In this document: positions 11,801 through 24,473 of the stretch, piece after piece
How positions within the stretch are numbered: position 1 is the first letter of the stretch
Layout of the letters: each line of letters opens with the position of its first letter
Assembly: GCA_964016885.1 (NCBI GenBank)
Contig: OZ024741.1
Location: 252,774,001 to 252,838,000, forward strand
Direction of reading: 5' to 3'
DNA: 64,000 nt
From: Eledone cirrhosa
Taxonomy: Eukaryota
Position numbers and translations under genes: made by a program
The notes under the pieces: generated by a model
Told to the model about the DNA's origin: nothing
Database searches by the model: none
Seen by the model: the letters and a program-made list of their open reading frames with translations, nothing else

Positions 11801-11988
11801 ATGGTATTAGAATGAAATAGTATGGTAGAATATTAAATGTTAAGTGTTAATTGAACAAGTACTTGTTCAATTAACACTTAACATTTAATATTCTAACATA
11901 CTATTTCATTCTAATACCATTATAAATTTTAAAGGATTGTAAATAAAACGAGTAAATCAGACAAAGTTGGAATTCCTTTTATTAATAT
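11801..11988. mobile_element. Remainder of the family G palindromic cassette split by the Gypsy insertion
   Basis: Joined to 8688-8756 it forms a near-perfect palindrome centred on aAGTACTt at ~11857-11864. Confidence 0.85.
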
Positions 11989-12019
11989 AATCTTCTATAC
12001 ACAATCATACACACCCGTG

Positions 12020-12455
<436 letters not shown>

Positions 12456-12651
12456 ACAGATGAGAGAATAAACAATCTTAACTGGGAGAAAGACATTCTG
12501 AAACAATTAACAATTGTCAATTGTTTTCTCTCAACTACCGCTGGAACAAAAGGATGACATCGTTATCTCTACCAAGTGGTGTTTTATGAGGCTGTTTACT
12601 TGTAAACAAACCAAATATTAATAACATTATGATATTATTATAATATTATTA

Positions 12652-12774
12652 GTCTGAGTTCAAATCCCGCCGAGGTTAACTTTGCCTTTCATCCTTACGG
12701 GATCGATAAAATAAAGTACCAGTAATGTACTGGGTAATTGCTGGCCTTGTGCCTAAAGTAGAAACAATTATTAT

Positions 12775-12778
<4 letters not shown>
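12652..12778 (+). mobile_element. SINE family 1, 5' truncated
   Basis: B box to tail matches the other copies. Confidence 0.8.
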
Positions 12779-12805
<27 letters not shown>

Positions 12806-12809
12806 AGAT

Positions 12810-13992
12810 ATATAAAGTATATCCGTGCACTGTTTCCACACCAAATGGAACTAAATTTACATTAGTTCAACATTAAATAGCTTTAAATAACAGAACTACT
12901 CCTATCTTCACTCTTTTAATTCAACCTCGTTCACCAATTATGTATCAGATTTTAAAAATTCTAACATCATTTACTCCTTCTCTTGGTCTGTTTTGAAAAC
13001 CGCAATAGCATATAAGCCAGGTAACCTAAAATGTAATTTGTGTTTATCTGAGTATTTCGTAATAACTAAATCTAATCTAAATTCATTGAATAGGAAATAT
13101 TTTCAACGTGCTCACACAGGAATTCCTACTCTTTTTACTATTATAAATGTGACTACTTAATAAACAATTAGAATAAAATTATAAATTATGTTAGGATATT
13201 TACATCATCACTCTAGCTCACCTATATTCTTAACACACAACATATTACTCTAACAATTAATAACTGAGCCCTATGATACGAGTATTAGAATTATGTCCAT
13301 TACCGTTTCTTTAACTATATGTAAATCTACACAGGGTTTTTACAATCACATACATAGTTAAGTTTATAAACCCGCGTATACTAATGTATACTGATATTGA
13401 TAGTAACCATCTAACTTACAGTATGAGTATATGCATTGCTTGAGTTTGTGATTGAACACCGAATATTAAAGTTTCAGACGTCTTTTCATATACCAACCAT
13501 AATAACGGTGTTTAGTCTAATATCCCTTTAAAGCCATATTTAAAAAAAAAAATACATTACACATTCAAATGAACACATTATGGCATGTTAGTAATCTGTA
13601 AATATAATTATACTTGTTTTTGGATACATGAACAGTAATTACAGCATGTGGACTCATTTCCTCTACACATTGTACTTCTTTGTTGCTTAAATTACATTGC
13701 ATAATGCTAAACTTTAATGCTCTTCGTTGCTTTGTTTATGTATCTCTCACATTTTTATAACTTTCTCTGGCTTTATTCTTGTAATTTGCTTATTATCCCT
13801 TGTCTACTTGGTAATTGTGACTATTATTCCCCAAATCTAAAATTTATTTCCAGGGGAGATGTTTAAAACATAATTATCATGTTTATTGATTCAATTGATT
13901 AGTGAATTAATCTGTAAATTGTTACTGATGTTACATTTCAATAAATCGAAACGATCGTCAATTTGAACTATAAAATATTTGGTTATTCACCT

Positions 13993-14068
<76 letters not shown>

Positions 14069-14108
14069 AGGTGAATAACCAAATATTTTATAGTTCAAAT
14101 TGACGATC
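12810..14108 (+). mobile_element. Penelope-like element 3' remnant (GIY-YIG C-terminus, 3' UTR, degenerate HHR) with a short inverted terminal copy
   Basis: Reads FSWSVLKTAIAYKPGNLKCNLCLSEYFVI near 12980-13065, homologous to the ends of the ORFs at 15066 and 20484. GAA-ACGATCGT-C lies at ~13948-13959. 13952-14000 is inverted at 14060-14109 across a (TA)n tract. Confidence 0.7.
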
Positions 14109-14446
14109 GGGCTGGCAACGTGCCAGCTTGCCCAATGACAATTGGGGGGGGGGGGGGGCGGTAGCATCGCAAAAGCTCACAGTAGCATTACAGGGCTCAC
14201 TGTAGTACTTTAGGGGCCAATACTTTGCTTTCAAAAAATACCTGAAATCTAAGAGAAAGAATAAACATTTTTTAAAATAAATAAAACAATTAAGCAAAGC
14301 ATTTGGTCAACCAATTCCCCAGGGAATTACTAGAAATCAAAATATATGACACTGCAAATAGCTGGAATCGGTGGTTGTACATTCTACTAAATCTAAAGCT
14401 TAGTGTATTCATGTATGCAAACATACATATATAGATACAGACACAA

Positions 14447-14498
<52 letters not shown>

Positions 14499-14542
14499 AG
14501 AAAAAATTTACGAAATGGAAATGCGGGTATATAGAATTTATT

Positions 14543-14659
14543 AGGTAACAATTGTTTCTATAGTGTATGAGTTACCTATACCTCGCTATTTGAATAATAC
14601 ACAAATATTATCAAAAACCGAGAGTACACTGTAAGCCAACACACCATGTCATCAGACCT
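14543..14659 (-). ncRNA. Hammerhead ribozyme at the PLE 3' end, extended stem II
   Basis: Reverse complement reads aggt-CTGATGA-c-atggtgtgt...atacactat-a-GAA-ACAATTGT-T-acct. Confidence 0.75.
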
Positions 14660-15065
14660 TTGTATTAGAATGATATGAAAATATTTTATACACTAGATAA
14701 AAGATAAAGAAGGAGGTAGGAAGAAAAGGGGAAGAGGGAAGTGAGTAAGGTGGAGGGAGTCTTAGGGTTTAAGACTGTCAGACTAGTAGAGATTGTGAAG
14801 AGAGAATGTTTTGGCAGCAGTTAGCTTAATGAGGCGTGCTAAGGTTGGCTGGGAAGTAGATACTTCTAGTGGTGTTGTTCGGACAAAATTTAGTTAGAGG
14901 GGTCAAAGTGGTACAATGTCACAGACAAGTTATTAGGGCTATTAGTAGCAGGTTATTTCTAAAGGGGTCCAGAAAAACAGTGTTTAGTACTATTATTATA
15001 GAAAGCCATATCTAGTGTATAAACATATGACAGAAATTTGCAAACGTTGGTGTAAAAAGGTAACA

Positions 15066-15782
15066 TTATATGCATTTAAAAAAAGAAAAAGTCGTTTTCA
15101 AACGATGGTTACAGTATAGAGAACGTTCAATTTTGCTGTTCAAAAGTTTGTTTACCGACGTTAAAATGCAGTATATCTCTAAATTGCATAACTTGCAGAA
15201 TCGATGATTTTGCTGATATGCAGGCGCAGCTGCAATAATTTGCCAATCAAGGGAGAACGCTTGATTGTTCCTCCGAAGCTGCCAGGCTTTATCGGCGAGG
15301 GTTGTTACGGAGCGCATTTTCTCGTGCCTGATCGAAGATCGATGTTGGTATAGGCGAGCCTTGAAAGAAGTTGCGGTACATCCGACGTAATACCATTTGT
15401 TGGTCCCGGAATTTATTGTACACCGGTAGACAATATTGTGTGCTAGGCACTGGTTATTCAGTGGGCACGTACCTGGTTTGGTGCAGTTACAACTATTTTT
15501 ATGTTTTGCAGTAGGATCCTGGATAGTTTGGTGGGGTTGTGGTTGCGTGTTAGTGCGTTGCATGTTGCTATGCTGGTGCGCTGAGTCATTAGGGATGTAC
15601 TTATTCAGTATTGCTGAGTTGAGTTTTCTAATTAGTTGTTCTATGTTAGGTGCAGTGGAGTATGATAGTCTAATGGTGCGCGAGTTAAAGATTTTATAGT
15701 ATTTATGTGAAGTTGTAAAGTGTTTATTGATTAGTGTATAGAATTGTGAGATAATCTTAGTGCTAATAGAAGAATTGTACAC
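15066..15782 (-). pseudogene. PLE linker + GIY-YIG endonuclease fragment
   Basis: CNC..CPL...C, IVYRC, YYVGCT, FKARLYQH and CKLCNLE motifs. Confidence 0.85.
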
Positions 15783-15878
15783 GGGGCTATACCATATGTA
15801 CTCTCTACGTCTGACTCTATTTGCTGGTTTGCACCTGTTAGTATGCCTATTGATGTGTGTGTGTGGTGCAATACTAGT

Positions 15879-16457
15879 TCAACTTAGATGTGTTTTATTC
15901 ATAGTACTTATGTGGTTATCGTCTAGATATTCAATTTTTTCGCAGTAACCAGCTTTTCTAAGTGCGTCATTATAATATTCAGCATGCTCGTTGAAGGTCT
16001 GCAAATTAGACGACAGTCGGGAGATCCTTATGGATATATTTTTAGGGATAGATTTAATAATGGAATGAGGATGGTTCGATTTTACATTAACGTACTTAAG
16101 ATTTTCATTAAGTTTGTGAAATGGCTCTATATTACCGTTATTAAGGTTGAAGGTAACATCCAAGAAGTTGACCACCTTAAGATTGTGTTCAAAGGTAATA
16201 TTAAGCCCTAGTTCTAAGAAAAGTTTCCTAATGTTTTTACGTCGCCTTTCTAGGTTTTGTTTGTTCATATTCTTGACTAATAGAAGTGTATCGTCGCGGT
16301 ATATTCCGCCGTGGAGGTCCGTAAATTCGCTCTGGAGTCTATGGGCTATATAGATCCCGACCAAATCCGTGACTTCCGCCGAATCATTAGAACCCATCGT
16401 AATGTCGAATTCCGAGGGTCTATCCCTGCGGACCCAATAACTATTTTCAAAGTGCAC
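15879..16457 (-). pseudogene. PLE reverse transcriptase fragment
   Basis: FDITMGS, YRDD, NFLDVTF and SNHP motifs. RT-like sequence continues upstream in other frames to ~17030. Confidence 0.85.
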
Positions 16458-17096
16458 TACTGTGCGTCTAGCTTCAAGTATAATATTAATTTCCTCGTTT
16501 GTGAGGTCCGAGTTAGTCTTAGCGAAAGAGAGGGCCTTATGCAGGGTTTCGGGTGAGATAGAGGAATAGTATTCATCTATATCGAATTGAATAAAAGATT
16601 TGTTTTTGTCCCTAATGTTATTGAACCATCTTATTGCCTGATGAGTATTACCCCATAATTTAATATCTACCTTAGCCTTAACTTGGGGGATAATACGATC
16701 TAATATGTACTTACTAATCTTACCTATATCGGACTTTGAAGGACATATTAATCTAATTTTAGGGTTAGTATCGAAGTTATCCTTATGGTCCTTCAGATTA
16801 AAAGTCGGTGTAGCTGGGGATAGGGGTACCGTTCTGTCGTCAATTTTCAGTTTCCTAACAATATCACATGCTGCGTTATTAATGTTGGTTAGTGTAGTTG
16901 CGTTTGTTTTTTTGTATTTCCTATGTAATTCCTTACGTATAAAATTGTTATATGTTTCTACATCCAGGGTGTATAGATTCGAAGTTTTGTCTGCCTTTAT
17001 GATAATTCCTTTGGTATTCCTTAGGTTGTTATATATATATATATATGAAAGACGTAAAATAAGAAAATTATAAAAATTAACTTACTTACTAAAATT

Positions 17097-17180
17097 TCAC
17101 TCCAACTAATTAGTTTCTGAAAGGGAATAAACATAGTTCCCGAAGAAACGTACGGAGAAGCCTTTCGTCATTAGGGAAGT
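17097..17180 (-). ncRNA. Hammerhead motif, G5A-degenerate (family K)
   Basis: Reverse complement reads ttcc-CTAATGA-c-gaaagg...cctttc-a-GAA-ACTAATTAGT-T-ggag. Confidence 0.55.
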
Positions 17181-17526
17181 CTATTCTCAGCTAAGTTTCC
17201 AGGCAATGCGTGGACACAGGGAACTTGTACAAAAATAATTCAGTGGATGGAAAAAAGCAAAGCGTGGACTAAGTTCCAAGCCATTGAAACAATCACTGCC
17301 TACTGCGTCGGTGGCAAATTCAAAAGAATCAATCACGTGACATCGAGGTTAATCAGTGAGGAGTGTTTTGTTAAGAAGACAGCAGCCGAACCGTTACTAT
17401 GAACTATAGTAGCAGTTTTGGCCAATTTTTGCTCGACAAAATAATTTGTACACACGAACTACTGAAAAAAAGAATGTTCGTATCAATGGGTTAAAGACAT
17501 CTGTTATATCAATTAGTGGTGAAGGT

Positions 17527-17559
<33 letters not shown>

Positions 17560-17670
17560 TGGTAAACGGAAAAGATAATGCTGAAAAATTGTTCTCAGTG
17601 AAAAATAGTTTAATTAGGAATAAGTAAAAATTAGTAATAGTATTGGTTAGTATTCAGTTTTGGTTTTAAG

Positions 17671-17706
17671 TTTTACCGGTTGCGCATTTCTAATGCTTTT
17701 CAAAAA
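17671..17706 (-). ncRNA. Hammerhead motif, U3-A8 variant (family L), one core substitution
   Basis: Reverse complement reads ttt-TTGAAAA-gcatt(aga)aatgc-GCA-ACCGGT-A-aaa. Related copy at 57148-57183. Confidence 0.55.
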
Positions 17707-18238
17707 TAATTTTGAGATAGAGCGCCCGTGATGTTTGCTCTAATCTGATTAGTTTTGGAAATGCTACCTGTTTTATGTAAAAAAAAGTGGCTCCAGATGT
17801 ATGAAAATATTCTTGAGGTCAAAACAATTTTGATTGGTCGGTAGAGGTGATGTGAATGTTAAAAATTGATTTTGCGCCAAATGTAGGTTTGTTTCGGCTG
17901 ATTGAGAAGTCTATATATATGCACACACACATATATATGTATATTGTGTTCTCCCTTCTATCGGAATGTTTACTTCGTTTTTTTCCTTTTTTTCTTCTCC
18001 CCTTTTTTTCTTTCTTTCTCTCTCTTCGCTATCACTTCTTTCCCTCGTGGCTTTTTGATAGATAAAAGTCTATGGGCGCGCTATGGATCGATGTTCTGTT
18101 TATAATGCACCAAAACATCCATGATCCGTAGTAAACAGCAGACGAAGGGAAACTTTCCATCTCTTATTTGTGCCACCTTACCTTCTCACACTCGTTATCA
18201 GTAACCACACAGCGTCGCCTTCCTCAACCCATATTTCG

Positions 18239-18323
<85 letters not shown>

Positions 18324-18354
18324 AGTGAGGGTGAAAGACCAAAGATCATTATTA

Positions 18355-18566
18355 AAAGTTTCTGGATTTCACAAAATACCTAATATTTTTTATTGGAGAA
18401 GGTAAGATATTTTTATGCAAATATTTGAATGCACTGTTTTGTTTCCACTTATGTATTTTTCGAAAATGTTATTTATTCATTATGAAAATTAAATGATAGC
18501 ATTCTATATGTATATGGGCCCCCTTCATCTGGCAACCAATATTTTTAGACCTAGTCCACCACTGTA
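18355..18566. mobile_element. DNA-transposon-like terminus, duplicated at 19295-19505
   Basis: Direct repeat of ~210 bp, both copies ending agtcc(a/g)ccactg-TA followed by (TA)n. Confidence 0.55.
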
Positions 18567-18819
18567 TATATATATTATTACAACAATATGAACCGCCCCC
18601 CCCCCCAAGTATAACAATATATATATATATATATATATAATGTCAATCATTTAACTTTGGATCTAACTGACATGCAAAAACATATATATAAGAATAAGGT
18701 AAGCCCAGATCATAGTAGATTCAAATATCATGGAGAGAAAGAGAGAGAGAAAAGGGGAGGGGTGAGGTGAAACAGAAATGAAACATGGATTACAGGTTAA
18801 AATGGAGTCTATCACCCAA

Positions 18820-19295
18820 GTGATTTAGAAGTCGACCTTAAGTAGGAGCAATAACATTAAGACAGACATGAACGACACTACATCATTTTGTTTTGAACAT
18901 TTTGAAAGTAGGTTTATAAGTATGAATTTTCATAATATTTTCGTAGTTGTCTCTGTGGCCTAGCGTTAGGTTCTAGAGACGGTGGAGATCCTATCCTTGG
19001 GTTCAATCCTGGTCGAGAGGTGGATGTAACCTTATTTCAGTTTTTATTTTACAACCAATAGAAAAAAATTGAAAAAGTTTTCCGGGAACCCTACTCCCTA
19101 CCAGGATCGAACTTCAGACCAGGATCACCACCGTCTATGATTCCTCCAACTAAGCCACCGAGACAGCCACTAAAGTACCATGAAAATTGATAATTATAAA
19201 CCTACTTTCAAAATCAAAGTTAAAAAAATTAGATGGTTCATGGCTTTCCTAGAGCTATTAGTAATATTTAGGGTCGACTTCTGGTCGTTATTGAA
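18820..19295. mobile_element. Fold-back element with two convergent tRNA-like units
   Basis: Imperfect inverted arms 18820-19015 and 19098-19295, each with A-box and B-box-like motifs. Confidence 0.55.
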
Positions 19296-19556
19296 AGTCA
19301 CTGGATTTCACAAAATACATATTTTTTATTGGAGAAGGTCAGATATTTTTCTGCAAAAATTTGATTGCACTGTTTCGTTTCCACTTATGTATTTTTTGAA
19401 AATGTTATTTATTCATTATAAAAAATAAATGAAAGCATTCTATATGTAGGTGGGCCCCCTTCATCTCCTGGCAACCAATATTTTTAGACTCAGTCCGCCA
19501 CTGTATATATATATATAATATATAAGAACAAAAGATGGTTAAAAGAGTTCCATGTA

Positions 19557-19623
19557 TTTTATTATGCGCATTTCAAAAACAAATATCATCATGCAATAAT
19601 ATTTGTGTTTTCATCAGATAAAA
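19557..19623 (-). ncRNA. Type I hammerhead ribozyme at the PLE 3' end, canonical core
   Basis: Reverse complement reads ttttat-CTGATGA-aaacacaaatatt...gatatttgttttt-GAA-ATGCGCAT-A-ataaaa. Confidence 0.88.
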
Positions 19624-20483
19624 CAGGAAGACATGATATGAAGGTTAAAAAACACCTGTGGATAGTTCAGTTTTAAATCAACATATGAGAAGTAGTTTTA
19701 GATTGATGTGTGATATTGGGAAAAATATTTTATTTAGAGGGGGGTGGGGGTGGAAAGGATGAAAAAGAGGAGGAGATGAGAGTAAAAATTGGAGAGGGAG
19801 GAGTATAATGAGGAAGGATGAGATAGGAGGAGAGATGGGTGATAGAGAGAGAGAGAGATAGCTTTTATAACTGAGAAAGATATATTGTTTTACATAGAGA
19901 GGTTGAAAACCGTTGGAAGATAATGAATAAATTAAAAGAATTTGAAAATTAACGAAGAGAAAAATAATGTAAAGTTAAGGTTTGTATATTGAGGGGTTTG
20001 ATAATATGTGCGATGAAAAAAGAAAATGTTAATATGTATTGAGAATAATGTTTAAGAGTTTAACAATATGTGCGATGTTAAGAAGATGTTGATATGTATT
20101 ATTAAAAGGAACAGCAGGTTATTTAAGTAAGGAAATATTGTGAGATGAATGAGTTAGATGAAAGGGAGAAAAGAATAATGAATTGAGGATGAATAATCTA
20201 ACGTCAAAAAAAATGTATGTTTACGAAGGATTTTTACAAGGTGATATAGAGTAAGAATGTATTGTATTATGTAATAATTGATTCTATGTTAAGCAAGAGT
20301 GAGAAAAGGTACAGATTAGGGGTTAGACATTAAAAGAAGAAGAGAAGAATGAGTAACAAGTATTATAGAATGTATAATAACCTTTGAAATAAGGTAGAAA
20401 GATGGGTATATTTTTAAAAGAAGTGTATATATATATATATGTGCCTTTGAGAAAAAGATTCTAAATTGATAAAGAATTGAATA

Positions 20484-22241
20484 TTAGCTGTATACTTTGT
20501 GAAATGTTTTATGGAATTTATGCAAGCAGATAGAAAACAAGTCAGTGCGTCTATTTATTATAGAATCTAAATTAGAAATAATGGTAAATTTTTCATTTAG
20601 GCAGAGATTGCAAATTTTGGATAGAGAACTGTTCAAGTGTGTAGACGCAGAAGAAACCTTCTTCCAAAAGATGCTATATTTAATATTTTTGTCTTTCAAG
20701 GACCATATGAGTTCTGAGAGAGCCGTGTTGGTTCTTTTAAGTTTGTATTTAAAAGACGAATGATGGTTATAAAGACGAGCTTTAAAAGAGGTGGAAGTGG
20801 AGCCAAAATAGGTGAAGGAATTGGTGTCAGTTATAACTTTACATTCGTAAATTAAGTTTTTATCAAGACAATGGTTGTTGAGAGGACATTTATTTTTAAT
20901 AGGGCAATTGCAATTGCGATTAGAGAGATTATTAATGAGTGACCTAGTGTTATCTATAGAAGGAATTGGATTGGAGAAGTTATTTGCGATAGGAATAATA
21001 GTTTCTTGATTTAGAATGGGATTAAGAACATTTAGCGAAGTTGTGTTTGACGTTGTATTTGGGTTTGTAGAAATTAGCCTAGGGTTTACAATGACGTCGG
21101 GAGTACTATTATTATGATATTCAGTGTTGGAAGGAAGAGATTTAGTATTTAGTATTTTATTGTTGTGTTTAGAGATAATGTTGGAAATGTTGGAGGATGT
21201 AGAATAGGAAAATTTTATAGTGTGTTTGTTAAATATTTTACTATAGATATGTGAGGGAAGGAAGCATTTATTTAAGGCACTAAAGAATAATTTAGGAATA
21301 TTGTTATTAATAGAGATGGAGAAAGGAGCATTATACCAGATTATGTTTTTGTATCTAGGTCTTTTATTAAAGTTATTGGAATGATCATGATTAATTATTC
21401 TACTGTAATTTCTTCTAGAATTTGTTTCTTTACTATATTTAATTTTATCAGGATAGCCGGCTTTAGAAAGCGCGTTATTATAGTAATTGGCGTTAGCATC
21501 AAAGATGTTTTTATTAGAAGATAGGTTAGATATTCTTTTTCCAATATTACTAACTATAGCATTCTTGATATTAGTAGGATGGTTAGATTTAAAGTTAACA
21601 TAATTTAGGTTCTCATTGTTTTTATGGTAAGGGTAATATAGGCCAGTGTCAAGATTAAGAGATACATCCAAGAAATTAGCTAGTTTGATGCTGTTATCAA
21701 ATTCAATTTTTAGGTTATGTTGGTTAAAGAGATTACGTATATTGTTCTTAATAATATTAAGATTAACTATGTTGCAATTTAAGATAGTAAAGAGTCCATC
21801 GTCACGATAAATTCCACCGCGAAGTTGAGGAATTTTCCGACTCAAAGAGTTCAAAATAAAGATACCAATTAAATCTGTCAATTGGGATGAATCGGATGCT
21901 CCCATTGTGATGTAGAAGTTGTTAGAGGTATCGGCTCTGGTCCAATATTCGTTGTTGAACTCTAGGATGGTTTTACGTGCGGTGAGAATGATGTGAAGTT
22001 CATCTGTGGTGATGTCAGAATATTTAAGTGCGAAAGATAGAGCATTATTGAGAAGTGAAGGCGAAATAGAAGAATAGTAGCTGGCAATATCAAATTGAAC
22101 AAATTTTAGTTTGTTTTTATTATTCAATTCGTTGAACCAGCTAATCACTTCAGAAGTACCAAACCATAAATTTAGGTTCAAAGAAGAGCAATTAGAACGA
22201 ACCTGTGGGATAATTCTATCCAAAATGGCTTTACTAACCAC
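20484..22241 (-). CDS. PLE reverse transcriptase + GIY-YIG endonuclease
   Basis: QFDIASYYSSI, ITMGA.DS, YRDD, NFLDV, CNCPIKNKCPL, LIYEC..YFGST..FKARL motifs. Confidence 0.9.
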   Translation of the reverse strand: MVSKAILDRIIPQVRSNCSSLNLNLWFGTSEVISWFNELNNKNKLKFVQFDIASYYSSISPSLLNNALSFALKYSDITTDELHIILTARKTILEFNNEYWTRADTSNNFYITMGASDSSQLTDLIGIFILNSLSRKIPQLRGGIYRDDGLFTILNCNIVNLNIIKNNIRNLFNQHNLKIEFDNSIKLANFLDVSLNLDTGLYYPYHKNNENLNYVNFKSNHPTNIKNAIVSNIGKRISNLSSNKNIFDANANYYNNALSKAGYPDKIKYSKETNSRRNYSRIINHDHSNNFNKRPRYKNIIWYNAPFSISINNNIPKLFFSALNKCFLPSHIYSKIFNKHTIKFSYSTSSNISNIISKHNNKILNTKSLPSNTEYHNNSTPDVIVNPRLISTNPNTTSNTTSLNVLNPILNQETIIPIANNFSNPIPSIDNTRSLINNLSNRNCNCPIKNKCPLNNHCLDKNLIYECKVITDTNSFTYFGSTSTSFKARLYNHHSSFKYKLKRTNTALSELIWSLKDKNIKYSIFWKKVSSASTHLNSSLSKICNLCLNEKFTIISNLDSIINRRTDLFSICLHKFHKTFHKVYS

Positions 22242-22839
22242 CCCCAGATCTGATTTAGAGGGGCGATTAATCTAACAGGTAGTTCAGTGCGAAAATTGTT
22301 TTTGTGATCCTTGAGATTTATCCTCGGAGTTCTTGGGAGGAATGGTTCTGTCTTTTTTTCAATGCCAATTTTTGACATAATCTCAGAGGCTTCAAAGTTT
22401 ATGTATTCTAAATTTTCATGGTTGGTTTTACGATATTTTTTCCTAAGTTCCTTTAGGATAAGGTTGTTATAATTATCCTTGGAAATACCATATAAGTTAT
22501 TGGTTTTGTCAGAGTGGACTAAAACATTTTTTGAGGAATTTAGGTTTGAAATTGTGTTCTTGAGATTTACAAGGTGCTCTTGTCCTTTGTAAGGGTATCT
22601 ATTGAATTTAAGATTTTTTATAATTTTAGTTAACTCTTCCTCGAATTGCACTAGATTTTTGTTGGAAGGAGGATTTCTTCTAGAATTAAATAGATGATCG
22701 AGGAAGTTATGTTCTTTGGTATAGAAGTTCCCTTTTAGGCGCTGGTCATAGAAATAGGCTATCCATCTAAGTCTTCTTACGAAGGAGTCAGTTTTTTCAA
22801 TTAGAAGTTTGGTGAATTCAGATTTACCAGGTATAGGAA

Positions 22840-22842
<3 letters not shown>
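22178..22842 (-). pseudogene. PLE RT N-terminal region, frameshifted from the downstream ORF
   Basis: RRLRW, SDKTNNLY (DKG-like motif), LKDHK.NF and VRLI motifs. The ORF-track extension into (TA)n is an artefact. Confidence 0.8.
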
Positions 22843-22926
<84 letters not shown>

Positions 22927-22979
22927 GTATGTATGCATGCATGTATGTATGTAGTATGTATGTATGTATGTATGTATGT

Positions 22980-24335
22980 TATCTCTTTCTCTTAATTTCG
23001 AGTATATTTTTTTGACCGGCCACCTTCCTGGTGGCAAGATTGTAAAAGAAAAGAAATTGCCAAAAGTAGAATCGCAAGAATGTTTTGCAAATTTTGAAGG
23101 TGCCAGCTATCACAACCATTTGTAGACTATGAATTAGGGAGCTGCACTCTTTGTCCGCAAATCCAAGTTCAGTCATACTTTGGTCCAAACGGGTTGGTAT
23201 ATAACCCGTAGCTCCAATAATGATGGGTATGAAGCTAAAGGTGTATCTTGGATACTGGATTTGCAAACTCCTCATCAATGGTCCGTAGATGTCCTCCTTC
23301 TCCTGTATTTTTCTGACAACGTTTACATCAAGTAGGCAGCTGATCTCCACAACAGAACACGTTTTCAATGTGTGGTCCCAAACAACAATATCAGGCCTGT
23401 TGTGCTTTAAGTTGGTGGCAGTTTTTATTTTCAGGTTCCACCAGTATTCCTTAGTGCCATCTGTCTCAATATATTCTTCCTCGTTTGTTGTTAACTTTGT
23501 TTTCCGAAGTGCGTTCCAGATGATTCTAGCTATCGCATCGTGTCTCATGGGGAGGTAGTAGCGAGATGACATTCTTTCGCAGCTGGCAACAATGTGGCTT
23601 ACATCCTCGATCTTTGTTTTACATAGCCTACATTTATTGTCAGCTGATGGTCCTCCCCTTTTGTGCAGCAGATATTTGGTAGGGAGTTCTTGTTCCTGTA
23701 TTGCATAGAGATATCCCTCAATGTGTGATGTCATAAACTTGTCGAACTCCATGCCAGGCTTTTTGAGTGGTTTATCCCCTCTATGGTCTGTGTTTTACGT
23801 CTCAAGTATCCATGCACAACTTTTTCTGTAAATTGGTCAATTTTTTCATCTTGTTTGAACATTGAATAGGATTTTCCGATTTCTCTGGGTGAGAGATTTA
23901 TATCAGGCTTTATTCCATATCTCTCCTCCAGATCAGTGGCTATTCTAATGATATTTTTTTTTCATGCTCATAAACCTGGGCAAGATGGTTGCCAACCTTT
24001 TTCCTCTGTTGAAAGTGTTGCTTCAGTGTTACTATCCTGGTCTCATATGATGTTAATATGGATTTTAGACCCCGGCCACCTTCCTTGCGTGAGAAGTATA
24101 GCCTATCCACATCACCATTGATGTTAAAGTTCCCAGTAACACTGAGAAGTTTGCCAGTTCTAACATCAATCTCACTTAGTTCTTGCTATGACCAGTTCAG
24201 CAGGCCAAATGTTGGCGTTAGAATTGGCACAGCATAAGTATTCTGGGCAATGTATTTGTTGTACGCTGACAGTTCTGATGACCATATTTTCTTTACTCTT
24301 CTGAGGTATTCAGTTCTGGTTCTCTCCTTATTTTT
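22980..24335 (-). mobile_element. R4/Dong-like RLE-type non-LTR retrotransposon, 5' truncated and degenerate
   Basis: ORF 22979-23752 has EG.L.AIQEQ, CRLC..ED..HI...C (CCHC), RHD, RPDIV and VEIS (PD-(D/E)xK nuclease). Degraded RT-thumb sequence lies upstream. Flanked by (TATG)n on both sides. Confidence 0.8.
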
Positions 24336-24433
24336 TTATGTATGTATGTATGTATGTATGTATGTATGTATGTATGTATGTATGTATGTATGTATGTATG
24401 TATGTATGTATGTATGTTTATAGTAATAATAAT

Positions 24434-24473
<40 letters not shown>

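Larger units (their letters stand above)
14497..17030 (-). mobile_element. Penelope-like element (RT + GIY-YIG, Nematis-type linker), 5' truncated and frameshifted
   Basis: RT motifs FDITMGS..AEV.DL and YRDD; CNCTKPGTC (CxCx5C); NIVY...YVG.T..FKAR. (TA)n on both sides. Clade assignment is by linker motif only. Confidence 0.88.
19520..22842 (-). mobile_element. Penelope-like element (Nematis-type linker), near complete, one frameshift
   Basis: ORFs 22178-22842 and 20484-22241, a long 3' UTR and a terminal HHR. (TA)n on both sides. Confidence 0.9.
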
